DNA from: an uncultured Oscillospiraceae bacterium
GTDB taxonomy: Bacteria > Bacillota > Clostridia > Christensenellales > CAG-314
NCBI GenBank assembly: GCA_964607155.1
Contig: CAZSIF010000001.1
Location: 52,511 to 116,510 of the forward strand
Direction of reading: 5' to 3'
DNA length: 64,000 bases
In this document: in pieces, positions 55,993-64,000 of the stretch
How positions within the stretch are numbered: position 1 is the stretch's first letter
Layout of the letters: every line of letters starts with the position of its first letter
The notes under the pieces: generated by a model
Database searches by the model: none
What the model saw: the letters and a program-made list of their open reading frames with translations, nothing else
What the model was told of the DNA's origin: nothing
Program-made: the position numbers and the translations under genes

Positions 55993-58605
55993 TTGAGAGT
56001 AATTGAAAACTATTCGCCAATGATGCAAAAATATTTGCGTACAAAGCAACAATACGAAGACTGCATTCTATTGTACCGTTTGGGCGATTTTTACGAAATG
56101 TTTTTTGAGGATGCGGAAAAAGCAAGCCGCATTCTCGACCTAACTCTAACAGGGAAAAATTGCGGTGTAGAGCAGCGCGCGCCAATGTGCGGATTGCCAT
56201 ATCATGCAGTTGATACATATGTGGCAAAACTGCTGGCGGCGGGTGAACGCGTTGCAATTTGCGAACAGCTTTCCGAACCGACCAAAGGCAAAGAACTTGT
56301 CGATAGAGATGTGGTGAGAGTTATTACTCCGGGAACCGTTATCGACAGCGAAATATTAGACGATGGAAAAAGCAATTATATTGCGTCAATTTTCCTGTCC
56401 GAAAAAGACAACCTTGGCATTGCTTTTTGCGATATATCCACGGGCGAATTTCTATGTTGCAAGCTTGATGCCCCAACAATGACAAAGGATTTGCAGGAGC
56501 TGCTTGTGTCATACAAGCCATCGGAGATTATCGCAAATTCGTTAGCAATGCCGCTTGCGGAAAATCTCGATTGCATAAAAGCAGGCTATACGCCCTCGTT
56601 CACACCATGCGACGACTCCATGTACAACGTGCAACGCGCAAAAGATATAATTTGTGAACAATACAAAATTTCGACTACCGAAGGCTTTGGATTTTCCGCT
56701 AAAAGCAGCGGTGCTGTGGCATCGGCTGCATTGCTAAAATACCTTCGCAATACGCAAAAACGCGAGTTGCCACACTTAAAGCCCATCAAGTTCGTTGACA
56801 AAAATCGTTTTATGTCAATCGACGTTAAAACGCGCCGAAATCTCGAGCTAACCGTTTCCTATCGCGAAAACAAACGCAAGGGCAGCCTTTTGTGGTTACT
56901 TGATAAAACCCAAACCTCAATGGGCGCGCGTACTCTTGCCGATTGGATAGACCGACCGTTGCAAAAGGCATCTGCAATAAACGCACGGTTAGACGCGGTT
57001 GATGAGCTATGCGTAAATTATATTTTGACGGCGGATATATCAACAAAGTTAAGGAGTGTGGCGGATATCGAGCGAATTGCAGGAAAAATTTCCTACAACA
57101 ATCTTATGCCAAAAGATTGCATTGCACTCAAAAACTCGCTTTATGCTTTGCCGGCAATCAAAAAGACGCTGGGTCGATTCAAATGCAAGCTAATACAGGA
57201 TATATTTGCGGGCATCGACGAACTCCCGCAGGTTGCAGACTTACTCAATCGTGCAATAATCGACGAGCCGCCGTCAATTATTAAGGACACCGATTTTATC
57301 AAGGCGGGCTACAACGCAGAATTGGACGACCTTTTTGATATTTCTCGCAACGGTGCGGCTCGTATACAAGCGTTGGAGGAATATGAGCGAAATCGAACGG
57401 GCATAAAAACCCTAAAGCTTGGCTACAATAAAGTTTTTGGATATTATTTTGAAATCTCAAAATCTTTTGTGGGGCTTGCACCGAATAACTTTATTCGCAA
57501 GCAAACGCTAACTACAGGCGAGCGCTTTGTCAGTCCGGAGCTAAAAGAACTTGAGGAAAAGATGCTGACTGCGGCAGAAAAGAAAGTTCGGCTACAAAAA
57601 AGCCTATTCGACGAGTTACGCAATACTCTTTTGCAATACATTCCGTCGCTACAGGCAACGGCAAAAGCAATAGCTGCGTTGGATTGTTTGATATCATTTG
57701 CCAACGTTGCGCAAGCAAACAACTATTGCAAGCCAAAGATTAACACTAAAAATACCGCACTCAACATCGTCGATGGTCGACATCCCATTGTCGAGGCATA
57801 TCTAAAGCGCGATACGTTTATTACAAACGATACTTATCTTGACACACAAGATAATCGCACAATGATAATAACCGGACCGAATATGGCGGGAAAAAGCACT
57901 TATATGCGACAGGTAGCACTCATAACATTGATGGCGCATATTGGAAGTTTTGTGCCTGCTCGCAGTGCGGAAATTCCTATTGTCGATAAAATTTTTACTC
58001 GAGTGGGCGCAAGCGACGATTTGGCATTTAACCAAAGCACCTTTATGGTTGAAATGGTGGAGGTCGCAAATATCCTAAACAATGCCACATCAAGCAGTCT
58101 TATTATTCTTGACGAGGTCGGGAGGGGAACCTCAACCTTTGACGGGTTATCTATCGCTTGGGCTGTTATGGAGTTTGTGTCCTCACACATACGGGCAAAA
58201 ACTCTTTTTGCAACACACTATCACGAGCTGACAGACCTCGAGGGCTTGGTGGACGGAGTGAAGAACTATCGAATTACCGTCAAAGAATTTGCCGGCTCGG
58301 TTATATTCCTGCACAAAATTGTTCGCGGCGGTGCAAACAAAAGCTTTGGCATCGAAGTGGCTGCACTCGCGGGTGTTCCGGACGAGGTATGCGCTCGAGC
58401 AAAGCAAATCGTAAGGCTACTCGAGGCAGGGCAGCCCAAAGGACGATTAAGCGAAATTAATCTTGACGATATTGCCGCAGCAAACGAGTTGACTGCAAAA
58501 GAAAAGGAAGTTGCATCGATACTACGAGATTTGGACATAAACCGTCTTAGTCCAATAGAGGCATTTGATATACTAAACCAGTTGATTAACAAGGTAAAGC
58601 AATGA
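55993..58605 (+). CDS. mutS: DNA mismatch repair protein MutS
   Basis: TTG start 6 nt after AAGGAG. The N-terminus includes SPMMQKYL and GDFYEMFFEDA. Walker A GPNMAGKST, DEVGRGTST. Confidence 0.96.
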   Translation: MRVIENYSPMMQKYLRTKQQYEDCILLYRLGDFYEMFFEDAEKASRILDLTLTGKNCGVEQRAPMCGLPYHAVDTYVAKLLAAGERVAICEQLSEPTKGKELVDRDVVRVITPGTVIDSEILDDGKSNYIASIFLSEKDNLGIAFCDISTGEFLCCKLDAPTMTKDLQELLVSYKPSEIIANSLAMPLAENLDCIKAGYTPSFTPCDDSMYNVQRAKDIICEQYKISTTEGFGFSAKSSGAVASAALLKYLRNTQKRELPHLKPIKFVDKNRFMSIDVKTRRNLELTVSYRENKRKGSLLWLLDKTQTSMGARTLADWIDRPLQKASAINARLDAVDELCVNYILTADISTKLRSVADIERIAGKISYNNLMPKDCIALKNSLYALPAIKKTLGRFKCKLIQDIFAGIDELPQVADLLNRAIIDEPPSIIKDTDFIKAGYNAELDDLFDISRNGAARIQALEEYERNRTGIKTLKLGYNKVFGYYFEISKSFVGLAPNNFIRKQTLTTGERFVSPELKELEEKMLTAAEKKVRLQKSLFDELRNTLLQYIPSLQATAKAIAALDCLISFANVAQANNYCKPKINTKNTALNIVDGRHPIVEAYLKRDTFITNDTYLDTQDNRTMIITGPNMAGKSTYMRQVALITLMAHIGSFVPARSAEIPIVDKIFTRVGASDDLAFNQSTFMVEMVEVANILNNATSSSLIILDEVGRGTSTFDGLSIAWAVMEFVSSHIRAKTLFATHYHELTDLEGLVDGVKNYRITVKEFAGSVIFLHKIVRGGANKSFGIEVAALAGVPDEVCARAKQIVRLLEAGQPKGRLSEINLDDIAAANELTAKEKEVASILRDLDINRLSPIEAFDILNQLINKVKQ

Positions 58606-60701
58606 GTAAAATTAACATTCTTTCTCCCGATATCTACAACAAAATTTCGGCAGGAGAGGTGGTGGAAAACCCTGTCGGAGCTGTCAAAGAGCTTGTAGAA
58701 AACAGCATCGACTCGGGTGCCAACTATATTACAATTGAAATCGAAAACGGTGGCTTTGGGCTTATTTCCGTAAAGGATAATGGCTGCGGAATAGCCGATG
58801 ACGATATCGACAAGGCATTTTTGAAGCATGCAACAAGCAAGATAAAGGAAATTGGCGATTTATATTCCGTATATACGCTTGGCTTTAGAGGTGAAGCACT
58901 ATCAAGCATCGCTGCCGTTTCCAACATCACGCTGACAACAAGAACCGAACAAAGCGATGCCGCCGTGAAGGTTGAAGTGGTCGAGGGGGTTGTTAAGGAA
59001 AAAACCTATGTACCTGCAAATACAGGAACGCGTTTTGAAGTGCGTGACTTGTTCTTTAACACGCCGGCTCGAAAAAAGTTTTTCAAGTCGGAAACAAAAG
59101 AAGGCACAGAGATAACAAAGTTTGTAACAAAACTGATTTTGACAGACCCAGATATTGCAATCGATTATATTCTGAACGGAAAAAAGATTTATTCCGCGCC
59201 CGGAAGGGGCATAGAATCGGCAATTTTTGCGGTGTATGGCGGAGAAGTGCTCGATAACTGCCTGAAAGTCGATAGACGCGTTGGAGAAAATGCCGTTAAG
59301 GGATATATTTGCATCCCCGAAGCGTGCAAAGCAAACCGTAATTATCAGACGCTTTCGGTCAATGGTAGATGTATATCCGATATCGGCTTACAGAGTGTTA
59401 TATCCCAAGCATACAAGCCCTACTTGATGGCGCACAGATTCCCCTTACTGGTGTTAAACATTTCCGTTCCAGTTGACCAAGTTGACGTAAACGTGCATCC
59501 TAAAAAGACCGAAGTGCGCTTTGCCAATCAGGGACGATTATATTCGCTGATATACCACGTCATACAGGATCGCCTGAAGGATTATTCCGAACACAAAATC
59601 GATGAAATGCTGGGCGCAACAGTAGAAACAGATAATGCGAGTTCCGGCGAAGTTGAAAATGACACTTCGGCAAGTTCGACACAATCCGAGCATAAAAAGG
59701 ATTATGCGTGGTCAAGCTATGACGCAGGTAAAAAAAATTATGGAGAGCAGCAAAGCATTTTCAATGCAGAAGATAAAGCTGTTATAGACAGTCTAAACCC
59801 AGACTTCGATGATTACGATAAGGTCGTTAGACACTTTAACATTGACGGTAGACTATTAGAAATAAGAGACTTGGAGCCTGAACCTCAAAATATCAATGAC
59901 CTGCCTGTGGATTATCACACATTCGATTTGATAACGCCTATTCCTCGCAAAGGAAGCAAGAACATACTGACCGACGAAATCATTGAAAAACTTGATAAGG
60001 AAATCTCCGTTGAAAATTCTCGAAAAATGCTTGAAAGCGTTCGCGGAGAGAATTTGGCACAATTACGTTTGGGCTTAGACTTGCAAGACCCAAGTGTGCC
60101 AGAGTTAACCCCCGAAGAAAAATTTGATAACGACTTGATGATACGCGCGCAAGTTATCGGAGTTGCTTTCAAAACATATTTGATAGTGGAAATTGACGAT
60201 AAAATATTGCTCATCGACCAGCACGCCGCGCACGAACGTTATTTGTTTGATAAATTTATGGCGGGAAAACGCGGAAATTACCAATCAGTAATGTTCCCTT
60301 ATGCATTTACCGTTTCCGAAGAGGAAGCGCAATTTATCGACGAGAATTTGGAAAATATAAAAACAGCAGGCGTTGTGTTAGAGCCTTTTGGCACCAACAC
60401 ATATCGGATAGTATCTGTTTGCACGCTTCTAACGGACTTGAAAATGGAAGAGTTTGTGGAATTCTTTTTGAGTAGCATTGACGACTACAAATTAGATACG
60501 CAAGCCATGTTCGTTGAAAAATTGGCTAAAATGGCATGCAAAGCCGCAATAAAAGCAGGCTATACTTTGAATAATTACGAGCTTAAGTTTGTTCTACGCA
60601 TGGTGCTGCAGGACAAAATCGTTCAGTGTCCGCATGGTAGACCTATTACGTTTGTTTATACTAAAAAACAAATTGAAAAATTGTTTAAGAGGATAGTATA
60701 G
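58602..60701 (+). CDS. mutL: DNA mismatch repair protein MutL
   Basis: 699 aa. GHKL ATPase motifs (KELVENSIDSGA, DNGCGI) and C-terminal QHAAHERYLF. ATGA overlap with mutS. Confidence 0.95.
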   Translation: MSKINILSPDIYNKISAGEVVENPVGAVKELVENSIDSGANYITIEIENGGFGLISVKDNGCGIADDDIDKAFLKHATSKIKEIGDLYSVYTLGFRGEALSSIAAVSNITLTTRTEQSDAAVKVEVVEGVVKEKTYVPANTGTRFEVRDLFFNTPARKKFFKSETKEGTEITKFVTKLILTDPDIAIDYILNGKKIYSAPGRGIESAIFAVYGGEVLDNCLKVDRRVGENAVKGYICIPEACKANRNYQTLSVNGRCISDIGLQSVISQAYKPYLMAHRFPLLVLNISVPVDQVDVNVHPKKTEVRFANQGRLYSLIYHVIQDRLKDYSEHKIDEMLGATVETDNASSGEVENDTSASSTQSEHKKDYAWSSYDAGKKNYGEQQSIFNAEDKAVIDSLNPDFDDYDKVVRHFNIDGRLLEIRDLEPEPQNINDLPVDYHTFDLITPIPRKGSKNILTDEIIEKLDKEISVENSRKMLESVRGENLAQLRLGLDLQDPSVPELTPEEKFDNDLMIRAQVIGVAFKTYLIVEIDDKILLIDQHAAHERYLFDKFMAGKRGNYQSVMFPYAFTVSEEEAQFIDENLENIKTAGVVLEPFGTNTYRIVSVCTLLTDLKMEEFVEFFLSSIDDYKLDTQAMFVEKLAKMACKAAIKAGYTLNNYELKFVLRMVLQDKIVQCPHGRPITFVYTKKQIEKLFKRIV

Positions 60702-61610
60702 ATGGAACGTTTTATCGGAATAACCGGCACAACAGGCGTTGGGAAAAGTCGGGTTGCCGTTTTACTTGCAAAAAAAATCGGCGGAGAGATTATTTCTGCC
60801 GATTCAATGCAAATATATAAGGGAATGGATATAGGCACCGCCAAAATTACTCCTGCAGAACAGGAAAATGTTGTCCACAGAATGCTGGATGTCGTCGCTC
60901 CAAGTTGTGATTATTCGTCATTTTTGTATGGCGAAGCTGCAGCAGAGTATATTAAAAAAGCCGAAAAAACACCCGTCGTTGTTGGCGGAACAGGCTTTTA
61001 TTTCGATTCGTTGCTTTTTCCGCCCGAATTTGGCAACGTAGACCAAGCTCGACGCGACGAACTCAACGCGTTGCTTGAAAAAAACGGGTTAGAATATCTT
61101 GCAGAATACTTAAAAAAAATCGATAAAGAAACATACGGCGTTATTGATTTGAAAAATCCAAAACGTGTTATCCGTGCAATCGAAATAGCAGAAGGTGGAA
61201 TAAAAAAATCCAATGGACTTGGTAAAAAACGAAAGCCGAGGTTCGATACACGCATTTTCGTCCTGCAAACTGACAGGGAAAATCTGTATAAAAAAATTGA
61301 CGCACGAGTAGATAGCATGTTTTCCAACGGATTGGTGCAGGAGGTTCAGGAGTTAGTTAATAAATATGGTTTTTTGCAAACGTCGGCTTTTCAAGCAATA
61401 GGCTACAAAGAAGTTATTGCCTACATAAAGAGAAAGATTTCCTTGCAAGAGGCACAAGAACTTGTTAAAATTAACACTCGACACTATGCAAAACGACAAA
61501 TATCCTATTTCAAGCGAATGGATATATTTGAATTTGTCAACATTGACAAATTCGATACGCCTGAAACTGTAGCGGAGTATCTCTACGAAAAAGTATCGGA
61601 TTTTATTTAG
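60702..61610 (+). CDS. miaA: tRNA dimethylallyltransferase MiaA
   Basis: 302 aa. P-loop GTTGVGKS and ISADSMQIYKGMDIGTAK. Confidence 0.93.
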   Translation: MERFIGITGTTGVGKSRVAVLLAKKIGGEIISADSMQIYKGMDIGTAKITPAEQENVVHRMLDVVAPSCDYSSFLYGEAAAEYIKKAEKTPVVVGGTGFYFDSLLFPPEFGNVDQARRDELNALLEKNGLEYLAEYLKKIDKETYGVIDLKNPKRVIRAIEIAEGGIKKSNGLGKKRKPRFDTRIFVLQTDRENLYKKIDARVDSMFSNGLVQEVQELVNKYGFLQTSAFQAIGYKEVIAYIKRKISLQEAQELVKINTRHYAKRQISYFKRMDIFEFVNIDKFDTPETVAEYLYEKVSDFI

Positions 61611-61690
61611 AGTAATCACAAACATATTATATCGAAAAATCGCAAAATAAAGAATACTATTACAGTCATAATCAAGAAAAGGAACAAAGA

Positions 61691-62917
61691 ATGAAAAGCC
61701 AAAACCCAATAATCAATAAAGCGTTAGTAAATTGCGCAGACAAATTCGAGCAACTTGACGAAATATCATTGTATAACCAAAACAAAGTTTTACAAGCATT
61801 TATATCCAATAAAGTTGCGTTAAGACATTTCGTCGGCACGTCCGGATACGGGTACGATGACGACGGTAGGGACACGCTGTGCAAGGTCGTTGCAGATATT
61901 TTCGGAGCAGAAGCCTCTTTGGCAAGTCCTTTAATCACGTCCGGCACGCACGCAATAACGTTAGCTCTTTTTGGTAGCTTGCGCCCCGGAGATAAAGCCG
62001 TGGCAGTATCGGGTGAGCCCTACGACACGCTCCACGAGGTTATTTACGGCAAAAACAACGGAAGTCTATCTGATTTCGGCATCGAATTTGACTCCTTGCC
62101 GTTAAAATCCGATGGCAAATTCGACCTTGAGCTTATTAGCAAAACTTTTACAAAAACCAAAATTAAGCTTGCATACATACAACGTTCTCGCGGTTATTCG
62201 TGGCGACAAGCATTTTCGATAGCAGAAATTGCCGAAGTATGCCGCGTAATAAAACAAGCGTCGCCACAGACCTTGATTTTTTGCGATAACTGCTACGGAG
62301 AATTTGTTGAAAAGCTTGAACCGACCAATGTCGACGTGGATTTTTGTGCGGGCTCATTTATAAAGAATATTGGCGGCGGCATTGCGCCCATGGGCGGATA
62401 CGTTGTCGGCAAACAGTCAATTATAGATCTCGTTGCCGGCAAGCTTACCGTTCCGTCAATAGGTGCCGAAGCAGGCGGTTTTCCATATGGGTACCGCACG
62501 TTATATCAAGGACTTTTCAACGCGCCGCATACGGTCAATCAGGCGTTAAAAACGACGGTGCTGTTCGCCACAGTTTTTCGCTCACTTGGCTATGAGGTTT
62601 TGCCTGACGCGAACGACAACATAGGCGACATTGTTTGCACAATCAAGCTTGGCAGCGCGCAAAAAATTATCGATTTCTGTCAGGCGGTTCAAGCCTCATC
62701 GCCCGTGGACGGCTTTGTTTCCCCAGAGCCGTGTGAGCAGCCCGGATATGCCGATAGCGTCATCATGGCGGCAGGCTGTTTTGTGCAAGGGGCGTCCATC
62801 GAACTCAGCTGCGACGCGCCAATCAGGGAACCATATGCCGTTTACATGCAGGGCGGGCTGACTTTTGAGCACGGCATTTTGGCACTGGAAAACGTACTTG
62901 AACGCCTGAAAATCTAA
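61691..62917 (+). CDS. YnbB / 'aluminium resistance protein' family PLP-dependent enzyme (methionine gamma-lyase-like fold)
   Basis: 408 aa. VGTSGYGYDDDGRDTL near the N-terminus is characteristic of this family. GGAACAAAGA lies upstream. Confidence 0.82.
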   Translation: MKSQNPIINKALVNCADKFEQLDEISLYNQNKVLQAFISNKVALRHFVGTSGYGYDDDGRDTLCKVVADIFGAEASLASPLITSGTHAITLALFGSLRPGDKAVAVSGEPYDTLHEVIYGKNNGSLSDFGIEFDSLPLKSDGKFDLELISKTFTKTKIKLAYIQRSRGYSWRQAFSIAEIAEVCRVIKQASPQTLIFCDNCYGEFVEKLEPTNVDVDFCAGSFIKNIGGGIAPMGGYVVGKQSIIDLVAGKLTVPSIGAEAGGFPYGYRTLYQGLFNAPHTVNQALKTTVLFATVFRSLGYEVLPDANDNIGDIVCTIKLGSAQKIIDFCQAVQASSPVDGFVSPEPCEQPGYADSVIMAAGCFVQGASIELSCDAPIREPYAVYMQGGLTFEHGILALENVLERLKI

Positions 62918-62935
62918 AACACATTCATTCTGCCT

Positions 62936-62961
62936 AAAGGTCTGTATCAACCAACCTTTTT
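62936..62961 (+). terminator. Weak hairpin terminator after the ynbB-like gene
   Basis: A 6-bp AAAGGT / ACCTTT stem with a 12-nt loop; the T-run is partly inside the stem. Confidence 0.35.
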
Positions 62962-63100
62962 AAGGGCAAAAAATTCCGAAAGAAAACTTCAACACGGACA
63001 AATGCAATAAAACATAATAAGCGGCTTCTTTCATAATATTTTTTGAACCTCAAAAATTATATTGTGATTGTTACAGGAGTCAATGACCACATGAAAAAGT

Positions 63101-63259
63101 CTAAAAAAGCTGATAACCTATACGATCTCGCGGCGTAACAGCAATGCGAATGCCGTTTTGCAAGATAATCTCGTAAATCCAAAATTCACGGATTTCTTTT
63201 GAAGCCCTATCAATGTAGGACTTTTTGCTTGCAACAAGCGTAAGTGGAACTTCTTTCAT
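63101..63259 (-). CDS. Small hypothetical protein (52 aa), copy 1 of a duplicated ORF divergent from an XRE gene
   Basis: AAGGAG lies 9 nt upstream of the ATG at 63259. MKEVPLTLVASKKSYIDRASKEIREFWIYEIIL... A 90% identical paralogous DNA segment lies 447 nt downstream, and half of the nucleotide differences are synonymous. Confidence 0.45.
   Translation of the reverse strand: MKEVPLTLVASKKSYIDRASKEIREFWIYEIILQNGIRIAVTPRDRIGYQLF
63162..63259. repeat. 98-nt repeat, copy 1 (paired with 63609-63706)
   Basis: A hand alignment gives 88/98 identical positions with no gaps. The repeat covers codons 1-33 of the small ORF. Confidence 0.85.
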
Positions 63260-63303
63260 AACAAACAACTCCTTTGTCCTGAATTGGACAGGTAAAATAA
63301 TGA

Positions 63304-63345
63304 CCGAATTTTTTCGGGTAAATATATAATACACGAATTTTTTCG
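63304..63345. promoter_or_regulatory. Two copies of the small inverted repeat CGAA-TTTT-TTCG in the divergent promoter region (candidate operators)
   Basis: CCGAATTTTTTCGG at 63304-63317 and CGAATTTTTTCG at 63334-63345, 29 nt apart, between small ORF-1 and XRE-1. Confidence 0.4.
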
Positions 63346-63398
63346 AGCAGTCAACTATTTACCCAAAAATAATCGTATATTTTTATAGGGCAATCAAA

Positions 63399-63605
63399 AT
63401 GAAAATTTTCGCAGATAGACTAAATCAATTAATGAGCATAACAGAAACTAGTGCCTACAAACTAGCAAAAGCAATAAATGCAGACAATCAAACAGTGTTA
63501 AACTGGTTAAAAAATAAAAATGAACCCAAGATATCATACCTATTAGAAATCGCAAAATATTTTGATTGTTCTGCCGACTATCTATTAGGGCTATCGGACA
63601 TATAA
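63399..63605 (+). CDS. XRE-family helix-turn-helix transcriptional regulator (68 aa)
   Basis: Typical Cro/C1-type HTH: RLNQLMSITETSAYKLAKAINADNQTVLNWLKNKNEPKISYLLEIAKYFDCSADYLLGL. Confidence 0.8.
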   Translation: MKIFADRLNQLMSITETSAYKLAKAINADNQTVLNWLKNKNEPKISYLLEIAKYFDCSADYLLGLSDI

Positions 63606-63706
63606 AATAAGATAACCTCGTAAATCAAAAATTCACGGATTTCTTTTGTAGCCCTATCAATGTAGGACTTTTTACTGGCAACACATGTTAATGGAACTTC
63701 TTTCAT
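63578..63706 (-). CDS. Small hypothetical protein, copy 2 (42 aa); the 3' part is replaced and overlaps the XRE-1 3' end
   Basis: MKEVPLTCVASKKSYIDRATKEIREFLIYEVIL matches copy 1 at 29/33 residues and then diverges. GGGGG lies 7 nt upstream of the ATG at 63706. It may be a truncated remnant. Confidence 0.3.
   Translation of the reverse strand: MKEVPLTCVASKKSYIDRATKEIREFLIYEVILFYMSDSPNR
63609..63706. repeat. 98-nt repeat, copy 2 (paired with 63162-63259)
   Basis: See copy 1. Confidence 0.85.
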
Positions 63707-63731
63707 AGGTGTACCCCCAAATAAAATATAA

Positions 63732-63816
63732 TCTCTAAAATCAGAGAACGATACCATTATACTCTCTGAAATCAGAGAAGTCAATACTTTTTTTAAAAAA
63801 AACTCTAAAATTAGAG
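63732..63816. promoter_or_regulatory. Three copies of the inverted repeat CTCT(A/G)A-AA-T(C/T)AGAG upstream of XRE-2 (candidate operators)
   Basis: CTCTAAAATCAGAG at 63733-63746, CTCTGAAATCAGAG at 63764-63777 and CTCTAAAATTAGAG at 63803-63816. The last ends 1 nt before the XRE-2 ATG. Confidence 0.5.
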
Positions 63817-63817
63817 A

Positions 63818-64000
63818 ATGAACAAAATAAACGAAAGGTTAACAAGCCTAATAAAGGAAGAAAAAATAACAGTAAATAAATTAGCAAAAGATTTAGGGAT
63901 AGCAAACAGTGTAGTATATAATTGGGTAAACGGAAAAACAACACCAAATGCTGATTACATTATAGCCATTTGCGACTACTTCAAAATATGTGCCGACTAC
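63818..64000 (+). CDS. XRE-family helix-turn-helix regulator, second paralog; the 3' end lies outside the window
   Basis: It is not in the ORF track because there is no stop before the window end. From ATG 63818 it reads MNKINERLTSLIKEEKITVNKLAKDLGIANSVVYNWVNGKTTPNADYIIAICDYFKICADY, a typical HTH_3 pattern. No SD. Confidence 0.7.
   Translation, partial: MNKINERLTSLIKEEKITVNKLAKDLGIANSVVYNWVNGKTTPNADYIIAICDYFKICADY

Noticed and set aside
61611-61690. hfq, expected after miaA
   Set aside because: Only 80 nt separate miaA from the next gene and no small ORF is present. Absence at this locus says nothing about the rest of the genome.
62960-63034. A 24-aa hydrophobic minus-strand ORF, MKEAAYYVLLHLSVLKFSFGIFCP, as a type I toxin
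   Set aside because: Only the first 10 nt resemble the duplicated small ORF. There is no SD at proper spacing and no antisense RNA evidence. It is mentioned only as a possible third remnant.
1-64000. Search for tRNA, rRNA, CRISPR repeats, transposase/integrase genes and known defence-system genes
   Set aside because: None was recognised by eye or from the ORF translations. Apart from the last ~1.1 kb the window is conserved housekeeping synteny.

Overview
This 64 kb window reads as a chromosomal core region of a spore-forming Firmicute, probably Clostridia-like. That is inferred from gene content: sigG, ytfJ/gerW, two S11 D-Ala-D-Ala carboxypeptidases, a ylxY-like deacetylase, an IspH-S1 fusion and a Phe T-box. 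About 48 housekeeping genes lie almost all on the + strand: priA-def-fmt-rsmB-rlmN-rsgA-rpe, scpAB, rluB, surE, plsC, ispH/S1, rpsO-pnp, ftsK, rimO-pgsA-cinA-recA, fhs, tdk, sigG, pheST, mutS2, cysteine desulfurase-thiI, miaB-mutS-mutL-miaA. I found no rRNA, tRNA, CRISPR array, transposase or integrase, and no convincing multi-gene novel system such as a defence island. Five things deserve a second look. (1) The last ~1.1 kb (62.9-64.0 kb) leaves the core and enters an AT-rich accessory segment. It holds tandem modules of a small XRE regulator facing a duplicated small ORF, each module with its own set of inverted-repeat operators, and it runs off the window edge. (2) A lone minus-strand IlvD/Edd-family paralog sits back to back with sigG, and the canonical Fe-S and active-site motif positions appear substituted. 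(3) An exact 13-mer, TATTTTAGACATA, recurs just upstream of three unrelated genes, with degenerate copies elsewhere. (4) A ~57-70 nt upstream element is shared between a carboxypeptidase gene and a U32 peptidase gene. (5) There are several starts without a Shine-Dalgarno or with leaderless geometry, orphan terminators, and synteny gaps (no stp-prkC, thiN or hfq at their usual positions). All family calls come from reading motifs in the supplied translations. Alignments to reference proteins are from memory and need HMM/BLAST confirmation.
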